Source of the DNA: Amoebidium appalachense
Lineage: Eukaryota; Protista; Ichthyosporea
Assembly (NCBI GenBank): GCA_963693365.1
Contig: CAVNZM010000011.1
Span: 434,001 to 498,000, forward strand
DNA: 64,000 nt
Direction: 5' to 3'
Every line of letters starts with the position of its first letter. Position 1 is the stretch's first letter. The notes under the pieces were generated by a model. The model saw nothing but the letters and a program-made list of their open reading frames with translations, had not been told where the DNA came from and did no database searches. Positions 25,834-39,332 of the stretch are shown here, piece by piece. The translations under genes were made by a program, and so were the position numbers.

Positions 25834-27910
25834 GGGGAGGGAGCAGGGTGGGTGGGTGGGTGGGTGGGTGTGTGTGTGTGTGTGTGTGTCTTGTCTTCGT
25901 TTGTGGTGGAGATCAAGAGAAGTTGTGTGTGTTGGGGGGGGGGGGGGGGAGGGGGAGGGGGGAGGGGGGAGGGGGGAGGGGTTCAATGGGAGTGGCTACT
26001 GAGTTCTTGCACAGGGGGGCGCAACGTGACGATCAGCCTGATGAGCCGCACGGGGTTCACAAACATGACCACGGCCGTGGGCCTGCTGCTGTTCACCCAG
26101 CTGTGGTACTGGTATCCCCTGGCCAACTATCTGGCCCTGGCATTCACCCCCACGGCCCTGGTGGCCCTCAACAAGGACCTGCAGATGCCCAAGGTCACCT
26201 TCAAATCAAATGCCAGGCCCTCAATGTTTGCTTACCCCCCTGACCTGGTGGCTCCAAAGGTCGAGGCCAAGGAGAAGGTGTGTTGCCCCCCCCCCCCCCC
26301 CCCCCCCCCCCCTCCCTAAGAGCAACCTTGCGGTATAGTGCATGTATAGTGCTCGTGTGTGATGGGCATGTGTACATGTGTGCACTCTTGCACGGCTGAG
26401 GACCCAGTAAGAATATTAGAGGGCTGCTAGTCTGTTGCTGAGAATGGGAGGAGGGCAACTGCGAGTGTTAACGGTTGTGTTGAAATAATTTATTGGACAT
26501 AGGCAGATCAATGTAGTGTGGGCCAAGATCAGATGATGCAACCTTGTGGCGGTGGTGTAGGGTATTGGACACGGGGATGGAGTCAGACCTCATGGTGTGG
26601 ATTAACTGGTGTGGTGGTTTGCCAGGCATGTATGCTGACATGCTTTGGGTGCAGGTGTCGACGGCCGTGCTGTCCATCACGCAGAAGCAGAAGCAAAAAC
26701 AGAAAAAGGCCGACAAGGACGGAGAGCCAGAGGTACGTGTGTCCGTGTGTGTGGTGGTGGTTGTTGTGGGGGGGGGATGGTGTTGTTGTGAATGGAGGAA
26801 AAGGTTCGCGGGTGGTAGTTTCGCTACGGACGGCACTAGGGGGCAGGATGCCTCAGGCAGGGAGTAAGCAAGACACAAGGGCACGGTTTGTTTGTTTTTT
26901 TGCTTTTTGGGGGGGGGGCACGTGCCGACTGCTGCATAATTAATGGGTACCCCTGCCACATGCAGACGAAACACACCCTGAATCAACCATGCCCTCCCAG
27001 TCCTTTGCACGCCTTAGCAGGCCTTCATTTAGGGGGGACTCTGGCCTTGCTTTGGCACGTTGTTTGACACTGCGCCAGTGCTGTCTCCAATATACACGGT
27101 GTTACAGCATTCTAACACCTCCCTCCCCCCCACAACCAAAAATAAAATAAAATTAAAAAAATAAAAACTAAAATTAAAATGAAACCTGCAGGCGCCAGAG
27201 GCCAAGAAGGAGGATAAGATGGATGTGGATAAGCCCGAGGTATGTGTGTGTGTAAGCCTGCGTGTGCACGGTTGTTGCCTGTGGTATGCTGCATGCTGTG
27301 CATGGTTACGTGGTGCACTCAAGATGTTTTACCTTCTGTGCATAGTGTTGGTGTATTCAAGACCCAGTTCATGCTGTGCCTTGTTTTGTTGTTGTGTATC
27401 TGACATGGGTGCACAGGAGGGCAAGGAGGAGAAGAAGGAGGAGGCCAAGGAGCCCAGCTTCGAGATCATCAGCAACCCCTGCAGGGTCGTCCCGGCTCAG
27501 GTGCCCAGCCCCCACCCTCCATGATGTTCCGTTTCGTGTTCCCTTTTGTGCTTTTTTGGTCCCTCTTAATGTGTGCTACCACCTCCCCCCTGCCCCCTTT
27601 GCGGACGAGCCTGCAGTTTTTTTTTTTTTGACTTGCGCTCCGGGCAACCTGGTGGTTTTTTGGGCTTGTCAGGGATGTGTGAATGTGGCTGCTGGAAGAA
27701 TATGTGTGTGGGTGTGCTGATGGGGGTGAGGAGGTGTGGGGTGGTGGGTTTTAGAGAGACACACACACACAGGTGTCCTCACACACACGTGTGCTGAGAG
27801 TGGTGTAAGGGTTTTTTCCCTCCCAGTGTTTTTTCCTTTTGTTCTTCTTTCTTCTCCTCCTTCGTCACATTACCCCCCCCCCCCCCCCCCCCCTTCTTTT
27901 TTTTGTGGGT

Positions 27911-27952
<42 letters not shown>

Positions 27953-28317
27953 CGAACACTCGAAGCATCTATCACCAATGACCAGTTTGGCGACACTCTA
28001 CTATCCGTTTCACCATGAGGGTTTGGGCCTGTAAGGGCGTTTTTTAATTTTATTTTTATTTTTTGCCGGCTTTTGTTCCTGCATGCACTCACACACCCAC
28101 ACAGAGGCACGTGATCGAGCTGGAAGCCGATAGCCGGTGGCAGCCATGCCGTGCCCTGGGTGGGGTGGTGCTGGTCAGCGACACACGGCCAAGTGACCCA
28201 GTGGAGATGGTGGAGCTGACGGCACCAAAGCAAGGTGCGTGTGCACATATGCATGAAGGGTAGCACGTGCACATGATCATGCGCGTGCGCATATGCACAC
28301 ATACACCACACACACAC

Positions 28318-28356
<39 letters not shown>

Positions 28357-28948
28357 CACCCTCACACTCACACTCCACTCACACTCACACAAGGTGCAGG
28401 TGTGATTTCCTTTGCTCGAGGACTCTCATTCTGTCTAGCAAAGATTCGCGGCTCTCGCCCCCCCCCCCCCCCCCCCCCCCCCCCCCCTTCCTCCCCTCTG
28501 GCGAGGGTGGGTTCTTATGTTTGTATGTGTAATGCACCCTGTTTCCCATTGTTCTTCTTATGTTTGTATGTGTAATGCACCCTGTTTCCCATTGTTCTTC
28601 TTATGTTTGTATGTGTAATGCACCCTGTTTCCCATTGTTCTTCTTATGTTTGTATGTGTAATGCACCCTGTTTCCCATTGTTCTTCTTATGTTTGTATGT
28701 GTAATGCACCCTATTTCCCATTGTTCTTCTTATGTTTGTATGTGTAATGCACCCTGTTTCCCATTGTGTAGTTGTGATTCACACAGTGCTCCACATTCTG
28801 TTCCGCCTCCCCCCCCCCCCCCCCCCCCCCCCCCCGCCCCGCGCACACACACACACACACGTGTACACACACAGGGGACGGCAAGGAAGCCACAGACGAG
28901 GAGCAAGAGCCAGGCCCACCCGAGCCATTTGAGTTTGACGAAGACTGA
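14862..28948 (+). CDS. PSMD1: 26S proteasome non-ATPase regulatory subunit 1 (RPN2), 26 exons, ~930 aa
   Basis: Exons 14862-14883, 16107-16224, 16790-16853, 17696-17801, 18606-18748, 19142-19417, 19835-19948, 20212-20334, 20730-20903, 21118-21190, 21439-21499, 21884-21981, 22600-22764, 23021-23103, 23366-23466, 23565-23608, 24014-24070, 24434-24507, 24797-24913, 25587-25689, 26015-26277, 26655-26732, 27192-27239, 27417-27500, 28105-28234 and 28875-28948 are phase-consistent (2793 nt). Motifs: [91 protein letters not shown]-terminal PPEPFEF. AATAAA lies near 28989. Confidence 0.96.
28512..28767. repeat. 43-bp minisatellite, ~6 copies, in the last RPN2 intron
   Basis: Unit TTCTTATGTTTGTATGTGTAATGCACCCTGTTTCCCATTGTTC starts at 28512, 28555, 28598, 28641, 28684 and 28727. 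One G>A variant occurs in copy 5. Confidence 0.95.
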
Positions 28949-29250
28949 ACCAATCACGTGACAGTGTGTGGGCCCGTGGGCACCCACCAATAAAGACACC
29001 TCCATCTGTTATAATATGGGGGGCACGATTTACACACCGTGCATGTGTACGCTTTGCACGGCCATCAATTCTGGATATAAATTTCCCTTGATTCGGGAGC
29101 TCTGCCCCCCGTGCGATGCATGGCTTGTTACTTCCTACAATTAAGTTACACACTTGAGCGTATATGGACGACATTGTATTAGAGTGGAACGCGTCCCCCC
29201 CCCCCTCTCCCCCCCCTTCCCCCCCTCTCCCCCCCCCCCCCCCCCCCCCC

Positions 29251-29356
29251 CTGAGGATGGGCTCTGCTTATTATGCATACTCTTTATGTATGGCTTGCAT
29301 TCTGCATCGTGTTATCCGTTTGTTCTTGTGTACTTCGTACTTTTTGACGCATTCAA
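29251..29356 (+). mobile_element. 106-bp interspersed repeat, young copy B, between poly(C) tracts
   Basis: CTGAGGATGGGCTCTGC...TTTTTGACGCATTCAA, differing by 2 substitutions from copy A. Confidence 0.85.
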
Positions 29357-29415
29357 AACCCCCCCCCCCCCCCCCCCCCCCTTCCCCTCCTTGGGGACCC
29401 ACCCCGCACCACCAC

Positions 29416-29675
29416 CCCCACACCCACACCCACACCCACACCCACACCCACACCCACACCCACACCCACACCCACACCCACACCCACAACCACACACATA
29501 AGATACAAATATTTGGTTGTATCGGCTCAGCAGCAAGGGAAGCAGTGCAGGCACAGAGGTCGTACTTGGATAACGGATCTAATAAAAAGCATAAGTGGTG
29601 TGTGTGTGTGTTGGGCGGGAGAGGCGGGGGCGGGGCGGGGCGGGGCGGGGCGGGGCGGGGCGGGGCGGGGCGGGG
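29416..29675. repeat. (CACACC)n tract (~29416-29490) and (GGGGC)n tract (~29623-29675)
   Basis: Perfect hexamer and pentamer tandem runs are directly visible between RPN2 and V-ATPase E. Confidence 0.9.
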
Positions 29676-29699
29676 GGGGGGGGGCTCCTCTTTTTCTTT

Positions 29700-29738
29700 C
29701 ACGGCCATCTAGAAACACCGTGTTTCTAGATGGCCGTG
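29700..29738. other. Perfect inverted repeat, 19-bp arms with a 1-nt spacer
   Basis: CACGGCCATCTAGAAACAC-C-GTGTTTCTAGATGGCCGTG. Confidence 0.9.
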
Positions 29739-30191
29739 TTTTCTTTTTATTAATGCTGCCGCGGACGCGCTTGCGCAACAGTTGCGCATAATATAGCTTT
29801 TTTGATCTAGATTCTGGTTGGCTGATATGAGCATTTTTGTTCATGTGATAGTCGATCATTTATAATTTTAGAGATAATCTTGATGTCGCCTTTTAAAACT
29901 ATTACGCGTTGGTGGTTGGCTATCCATCTCTAAGGGACTCTTGTGAGGATTCGCCGCAAAATTAGCCAATCAGTGAAAAATGGGTATTACCAAAAAAGGC
30001 ATTGAACGGTCCTAAAGGACATCGCACAGATTCAGTTTCGGCCGCCGCTGCAAACTTTTGCTTCAAAGTTGTGTCGTTTTCTGCTTTCTCCCCCAAATTT
30101 TTAAAACAGCCAGGTAGACAGCTTAGCGTGTCTGTCTAGAACCACTGTAGCGTATAGAGTTTAGGGCTTAGGCCTTTTTTTTTAAGCGAAA

Positions 30192-31435
30192 ATGGCGTTC
30201 AGCGATCAGGAAGTCAACAAGCAGATCCAGCACATGGTGTCGTTTATCGAGCAGGAAGCAGCAGAAAAGGCAAACGAAATTCTGGTCAAGGCGGAGGAAG
30301 AGTTTAACATCGAAAAGGGTCGCATTGTGCAGCAGGAGAAGTTGAAGGTTATGAGCTTGTATGAGAAAAAGGAGAAGCAGGTCGACATTCAAAGGAAAAT
30401 GTAAGTTGCTCCAGTTCAAGCCTCGTGTGAACATGCACAGTTTATGCACACAGGCACATGTTGACGCATATCCCGTTATACTTCGCTTTCACGGACGCAG
30501 CCACTTCTACGTTCTTAGCATATAGATACACAGACGCATGTGTGGTGTTTGCACGTGCGTGGTCTGGTACAAAGACACGCATGCAGGTAGGCACATGGTT
30601 GCTTGCACAAGCATGCACAAGCCCACACATATCCACTTTGCTTATCGAGAGCAAGACACACTTACAATTCACACAAAGATATGCTCATGGCTGATTAATG
30701 CCAACTGTAAGGCACCACACGTACGGGTAGCACACTGCGATGCTGACAAGATTGTGGGATGGGTGGACTGATCACTCCGACAGAATCACAACCCGAAGTA
30801 TATTATCACGGATCTATTCCCCGGTCGTCTCTTGTCAGCAGCAGGCACTTGAACTATTGTTGAGGGTGCTGTTGTTCTGATTACCTTATGCCATATTTAT
30901 GGTGATTATTCGGAATCTAACAGACGATCACGGGCTGGTGGCCAGTGTATGTTGAGTCAGTTTCTTGGAGGATTAGTAGGGCTTTGCAGTTGGTATAGGC
31001 ACGGTGTTTTCCGACCAGACCAAACCATTTGCCCCTTCTGTCCTTGGTGCTGGCCTATGTAGGACTGGTGCTGTTTGTGGGCGGGCACTGACGGTGTGCT
31101 GTGCAGCGTGTACTCGAACGAGCTCAACAAGCACCGGCTGCAGGTGCTGCAGGCCAAGAACAACCACGTGCAGGCCCTGCTGGAGGAGGCCAGGGACCGC
31201 CTGGTCAACGTCACAAAGGATGCGGCCAAGTACAGAAAGTTCCTGAGCGGCCTGATTCTCGAGGTCGGTTTGCGTTGTTTTCTGGGGGGAAAGGGGGATA
31301 CTGCTGAGGGTGAAGTTACGGTTGTGTGTGCAGTGGGAAGGGATGGGTGTGTGTGTGTGTGTGTGTGTGTGTTTTTTTTTTTTTGGTTTGTTTTTTTTCT
31401 TTGTCTTTTTTTTTTTTTTGGGCGGGGGGGGGGGT

Positions 31436-31489
<54 letters not shown>

Positions 31490-31704
31490 CCCGGTGCATC
31501 CTGCATACTTACCTGTGTGCTGGTGTTGTGTGGGCATCAGCCATGCAGGCAGCGGCTTGTGTGTGCAGTGATTGAATAGCTAGTGGGACAGATAGGGGGT
31601 GGAGAGGTAGAAGCTGAGGGATATAGGGCATGTTGGGGTGGGTTCTAGGCTTGTGACGTTGGAAGGGTGTGTATGTGATGGGTTTTTTTTATTTTTATTT
31701 TTTT

Positions 31705-31735
<31 letters not shown>

Positions 31736-33005
31736 GGGGGGCAAGGGTATGCCAATTTATTCCCATGGACAGCTACATCTCTAGATGAAATATACATGAA
31801 GTGACTGGACCCGCACTGTGAGCCACCACAACGCTATCACTAACCCTTTGTCCTAGCAATAGCTGCAAGCCCCTGGGTCACCACCAATGCACCTCTCACA
31901 CATTCCCCCCTGCCCGTTGCCCTAACGGCACGGTCACGTGGACCCTGCTCTTTCTTTTTGTCTATTCTCCTGATGTAGGGGATGTATTTGTGTTGCACGG
32001 GTGTGCTTTGCTTGTGTGAGTTTTGCACATCTGCATTATGCTGTCCGTCGTGCACCCTTACTTCATTACACATAAGGCACTGCCAGACACACACAGGCAC
32101 ATATACCATCTTTCCTCCTGTACCCCCTCCTTACCTGCATGCTCTTACCCTTGCAGGGCTGCTACGTGATGCTGGACTCCGAGATCCTTGTGGTTGCGCG
32201 CAAGAGCGATGCGGATGTGGTCAAGGGGTTGATTCCCGAGGTGCAGGGCAAGTACAAGGAGGCCACGGGCAAGGACGTCAAAATCACCCTGGCCCAGGAG
32301 ACCCTGGCTGAGAACTCGTACGTGGTGCATGTGTGTGTGTGGGTGTGTGGAGGAGGGGGGGGGGGGGGGGGGGGTGCATGCGCATGTGCAGGTATGTGTG
32401 TGCTTGGGTTGGTGTGTGCTTGTGTGTTTGCGTGTGCATGTGTGCTTGGGTTGGTGTGTGTGGGGGGGAGGGGGAGGGGAGGGGGGAGGCATGTCTAAGT
32501 AGTAGGCTTCAGGGGAAAGAGAAGATCTGCAAGAAGGGGTTAAATGTGCATAAGTATGGCCGAGTCTTACTTGTTGTGCAGGTCTGGGGGTGTGATTGTG
32601 ACCAGTGTGGATGGGCGCATCCGCTGTGAGCAGACCCTTGAGAAGCGCCTGGACACCATTGCACAGACCGTACGTGCCCCCATGCACATGCACCATGCTG
32701 CTGCTGTTCTGTGTGAGACTTACTGAATTCTTTGGGCTCGCCCACCCTACTGCAATAGGCCATTCCCTTGCACTCCATGTTCGGGAGGTGGATTAGCTGC
32801 CGCATAAGAGGGGGGGGGGGGGGTTGGAGGAAGAAATTGCTGAGAAAGAGTAATACTTATGTTTCTGCTTTCTGCACTTCTCATTGTTTGGGTGTTGTTG
32901 CGTCCTTGGTGTCTCTATTGGTAGTTGTGTCAATGTGAAAGACGACTCGAACTCCTGCTTGCAGTAGCAAACCCCCCCTCCCCCCCGACTGATCAATATC
33001 CTCTT

Positions 33006-33039
<34 letters not shown>

Positions 33040-34117
33040 ATCTGTACCCCTGTGCATGCACCATCTGTCCACCCCCTCCCTGCTGCCTCGTGTCCCACTG
33101 GCTGTGTGGTTTTGTTGGACTGCCCCTTGTGCCTGCACGTGTGCCTACCAGGCTCTGTTGTTCTCCTGATAAAGCCCATTTCTTTCTTTTTGCGCACACA
33201 CACACATACACACCACACACTTGCTCTCTCTTCTCGATCCCAATCTCTCTCTCCCTCTCCCTCTCTCTCTCCCTCCTTTCTTCTCCCCAACCCTCCCCCC
33301 CCCATTCCACACACACAAACACACACACCCCTCCGTGTGGTCTCTTCCGTCCCCTTCAGCCCAATCATGTTTCCCTCCCTCATACATCCCACCTGCTATC
33401 CCCGACCTGATCTGCTCCCGTCCCCCCCCCCCCCCCCCCCCCTTCCTTCCTTGCTGGCACTGATTAGGCAAACTCTTCGTGTGTGCTTTGCACTCTACGT
33501 TATATTTTCCGTCATGAATGTGTACTTGAATTATACTTTGAACTCTATCCCCCCCCCCCCCCCCCCCCCCCCCCCCGGGGGGCATACTGTAGTGTGTCCT
33601 CTGCAACATGCATGGTGTTGTCGTGCATGTGTACGTCGTATTCTGGAACACATTCTAACCCCCCCCCTCTTTTCGCATTGTGTTCTTGTCGTGTATGTTT
33701 GCCTCGCATTTTGTAACGCATTCTAACCCCTTTCTTCTCCCCTTGGTATGGCCATGTTCCCTGCTTCCTTTCTTACTGTCTGCTCCTCACTTGCACGTCC
33801 CTTTTCTTTCCCCACAAGCGCCTTCGTGTCTGTCTGGCTCCCAAGTTTTCCGATTTGCGTGTATGGAGATCGTGAGGGCCGATGTGTGGGCCGAGCAATA
33901 GTTGGGGACTTTTTTGGGGGGAGGGGGGGGGGGGGGGGGGGGGGGAATGGGAGGAGGGGGAGCGGGTGGGTGGAGAGGATGGGGTTGGTGTTCAGGAAAT
34001 TTTCAAGGCATTCTATTTCATTTCTCTAAAAGGGAAGAAACCGTCATAATGGCCCATCGTTACACACACTCCCCTCGCTATCGTATCTTGACACATCTTT
34101 AGCCCCCCCCCTCCTCC

Positions 34118-34150
<33 letters not shown>

Positions 34151-34320
34151 AAAAAAAGGGGGGGGGGGGGGGGTAGAGGGGGGGATAAAAAAAGGGACCC
34201 CAGAAAGGAAAAGTAAGAAAGCAAAAGTGTGCACAGGCACACACGAGCACAGAATATCAACACGATGGCACTGGGTGTATACTGACTCCCTGCACCCGCC
34301 CTCCTCCCCCTCCCCCCCCA

Positions 34321-34365
<45 letters not shown>

Positions 34366-34427
34366 TGCTGCCGCAGATCCGCATCATGCTGTTTGGGCGC
34401 AGCGCCAGCCGCAAGCATCTTGACTAG
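30192..34427 (+). CDS. ATP6V1E: V-type proton ATPase subunit E, 5 exons, ~225 aa
   Basis: Exons 30192-30400, 31107-31263, 32157-32317, 32582-32669 and 34365-34427 (678 nt). N-terminus [50 protein letters not shown], internal [24 protein letters not shown]-terminus [19 protein letters not shown]. Confidence 0.96.
33582..33726 (+). mobile_element. Two 5'-truncated diverged copies of the poly(C)-embedded repeat (33582-33658, 33675-33726)
   Basis: GCATACT..TGCATGGTGTTGTCG..TGTGTACGTCGTATTCTGGAACACATTCTAA-C(n) and GCATTGTGTT..TTTTGTAACGCATTCTAA-CCCC resemble the 3' part of 29251-29356. Aligned by eye. Confidence 0.45.
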
Positions 34428-35054
34428 GAGTTAGGCACATACGGGGCACCCCTGACACTGTGTGTTTGAGGGCCTGGGCATGGATTTTGCATGCATGAAG
34501 GTGGCACAGGGATGCACACACACAGTCATCAGAGACTTGCACCTGCACACCACACCGCCACCAATAGATGGCTGGGTAGAATGGGTAGGTACAGTATGCA
34601 TGCACCAACATGAATTGTGTATGCAGTTCATGTGGCATATTGAAAATCAAGGAAATCAACAAGGTTGAACTATGAGGACCCAGTAGTAATACATGATATA
34701 TGTTTGTTGACAAATAAGAATAATCCATGACTATATGTATTAAAGCATGCGCATCCATGGCCACTGCAAGTATGTGCATGCTGTGTCCCAATCACGTGTC
34801 CGTGTATGTTGACATCTGAACACACTGTGCTGTGCTTACCAGCGTTGTGCTCAAACTTTCCGTGCATGTGTCGTGGGTGGATGGGTGGATGGGTGGGTGG
34901 GTGTGTATGAACGGTGCGTGTGTGTGTGTGTGTATGAACGGTGTGTGTGTGTGTTTTTGTGTGTAGCTAAGCAAGATGTTGTGCAGTTGGTGTTTTTTTC
35001 GTTGTCACCTTCGTCGTTGTTGTTTTTCGTTGTAGTATACATATTAATTTGAAG

Positions 35055-35182
35055 TTCTCAAATGTGCCGTATATGCCCATGGCTGTCTGGCAGAAGTTTG
35101 GCTGGGGGGCCAGGGAGGAGCAGGTGGGGGTGTCCGTGCAGGTGGTGGTGCGGTGCACACACACCTCCTCGGCAAGCACTGT
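35055..35182 (-). pseudogene. Orphan exact duplicate of exon 2 of the secreted-protein gene
   Basis: 128/128 identical to 38662-38789. It keeps the ACAG acceptor but lacks the last exon base and the GT donor. No partner exon 1 or exon 3 was found. Confidence 0.8.
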
Positions 35183-35196
35183 GTGAGTGTGTGTGT

Positions 35197-35230
<34 letters not shown>

Positions 35231-35485
35231 CTGTGTCTGTGTGTGTGGTGTGTGTGTGCATATCATGTGTATGAATATGTACCCGTGCCCCGGTTCGCGT
35301 GTTGCTATGTGTGTGGGTGTATGGCTGTGTGGGTCAGTGCATGTGGGTGCGTCGTCTGTGTGTGCACTGTGTCAGCTGCGCTCGTGTATGTGTGCACTGA
35401 ACGGATGTGCACATGTGTGTGTGATATAGCATGTGCACGCTCTGTGCGTGTGTGTGTGTGTGCAGTGTGTGTGCGCGCGCGCGTC

Positions 35486-35521
<36 letters not shown>

Positions 35522-36017
35522 ATGTGTCACATGTGCGCGGACGCCTTCGGATTTGTTTCTGCCACGGTTTGCGGGGGCAGTTGGGCTTTTCACACATAAT
35601 TTCTACCAGTGAATAGTCACAAGTTGGCTTAGATCAAACATAATTGCCCTACACTGTTTACCAGAATCACCACGATGTCAGGTGAACGAAAAAGGGTGGA
35701 GGTGGTAAACTTTAACATAGTGGTATAAATGGAAACCCAGCCCTTCAGCTGCTTCGTTTTTGGATTTCTATTTTTTAGGTTATCCTGTTCATCGGTTCGA
35801 GTTCCCGGAGGACCTACCCCATACTGATAATAGGGGTCCCTCTTGGAAACTACCGTCCTCCGCTAAGCACTGACTGTACCGGTCCTAGCCAGGGTGCTAA
35901 TGGTGCCATAAGTTCAGCTATAGTAAATATTAGTAGACACTAATTAGCCCGTGGTTTTTGCCCCAGCCTTGCTAGTGGAAAGACGTAGCTCTGGGGATCA
36001 CATCGAATTCGGCCAAA

Positions 36018-36061
<44 letters not shown>

Positions 36062-36194
36062 CCTCCTCGCCCCTCCCTCCTAACCATCCCTCCCCCCCCT
36101 CCCCCCTCCTCCTCCTCGTCACGCCCCTCCCTCCTAACCATCCCCCCCCCCCCCCCCTCCCTCGTCACGCCCTCCCTCCTAACCATCCCTCCCC

Positions 36195-36225
<31 letters not shown>

Positions 36226-36626
36226 AAAAAAAAAAAAGTCATTAAAAATATGTTTAAGCAAACCAAATAGTTCACATAGCTCAGGATTTTTGCCCCAGCA
36301 TCGCTAGTGGGGAGACACTAGTAATTCTTGAAGACTCCAAATTTCAACCCCTCCCTCCCCCCTCCCCTCCCCTTGCGTCCCCCCTCCCCCTCCCCTCTCC
36401 CTTCCCTCCTCCTCCCTCCCCCCCCCCCCCCTCCCCCGTTCCTTCTACACCCCCCCCCCCCCCAAAAAAAAAAAAAAAAAAAAAAATTGAAATTATACAA
36501 AAAAAAAAAAAAAAAACCAAAGAAAAACCTTGAAATAAGTAAATAAACATAACAAAAACAACTTGGCAAACAATTAGAGAACTTCGACGGGCATATACGG
36601 TAAGGTATAAACACAAATACAGTGAG

Positions 36627-36657
<31 letters not shown>

Positions 36658-36691
36658 CGTTCCCCCCTCGTGTGTACGTGCGTGCGCGTGC

Positions 36692-36746
<55 letters not shown>

Positions 36747-37611
36747 TGGGAGGGGGAGGCGGGCGGGGGGGGGGGGGGGGTGAGAAATAGCTTCGCCCTG
36801 CATTTCTGTGCTTCCGAGCTGCCCAACCTCTCGCCGATTACACGTGCCAACATAGTAAGTAAGAACGCAAACTAACATAGCGCATGGAAAGGCAAATATC
36901 AGAACACCACACAGTATTATGCCAATAACCCACTCATTCCACATGCCCAGGCCCACGAGAATGTCTTTGCCAATGCAGTGTTGATGCCCAACTGTCTCCT
37001 AATTGTGGAGAATGGTTCAGGGGAACGGGCCTGACCGTTTTCATTTTTGCATTGATTCAGATTTTTAAGTGCAGCTGCAGGGAAAGGGTTACTGGGGTGT
37101 TCTCATTCAGTAGCACAAAGACAAAAGCAAAGGAGAAAATAAAACACAACCGCTTCAACATCAATAGCTGCTATAAAATAAGCAACATTGATACTGTGTG
37201 TGACCAAAACAGCACAGGGGTGCATGCACGTACAGTACATACGTGGGTGAGCAGCATGGAATGGTCAGTTGAGCACACCATGTACATAGATCATCGGCGG
37301 ACAGACTTCATAGTGATGATGCATGATGATTGAAACAGTTTGAAACATTTTATTTGCCAGCATGCGGATTGCACTGCAACCCGGATATGGCATCATATAT
37401 CTTAAATGCTGGGGGGTGGAACAACCTCGGGCTCCCCACACCACTACTTGAACCACAGATACATATACAGTAGTTTCGGCCCTCTTGAGTATTTACAGAC
37501 ACTACATAATGAGGCGATGGCAGTCTAAATTACATGCACCCAAAATTTCCGTCTGGTGAAAAACATGAATATTTTTTTTCATTTGCCCTTTTTCAATATC
37601 ACAAAAAGAAA

Positions 37612-39332
<1,721 letters not shown>

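Noticed and set aside
28512-28767. 43-bp repeats as a CRISPR array
   Set aside because: The units are head-to-tail with no spacers, there are no cas genes, and the array lies in a eukaryotic intron.
13975-29356. The inverted 106-bp pair as TIRs of a 15-kb transposon carrying RPN2
   Set aside because: No discernible TSD or transposase, and related copies occur elsewhere in both orientations, so independent insertions are the simpler explanation.
36780-36990. Hydrophobic minus-strand reading frame (WNEWVIGIILCGVLIFAFPCAMLVCVLTYY)
   Set aside because: It is TM-like, but codons are AT-rich, it runs into low-complexity sequence, and no supporting exons were found.
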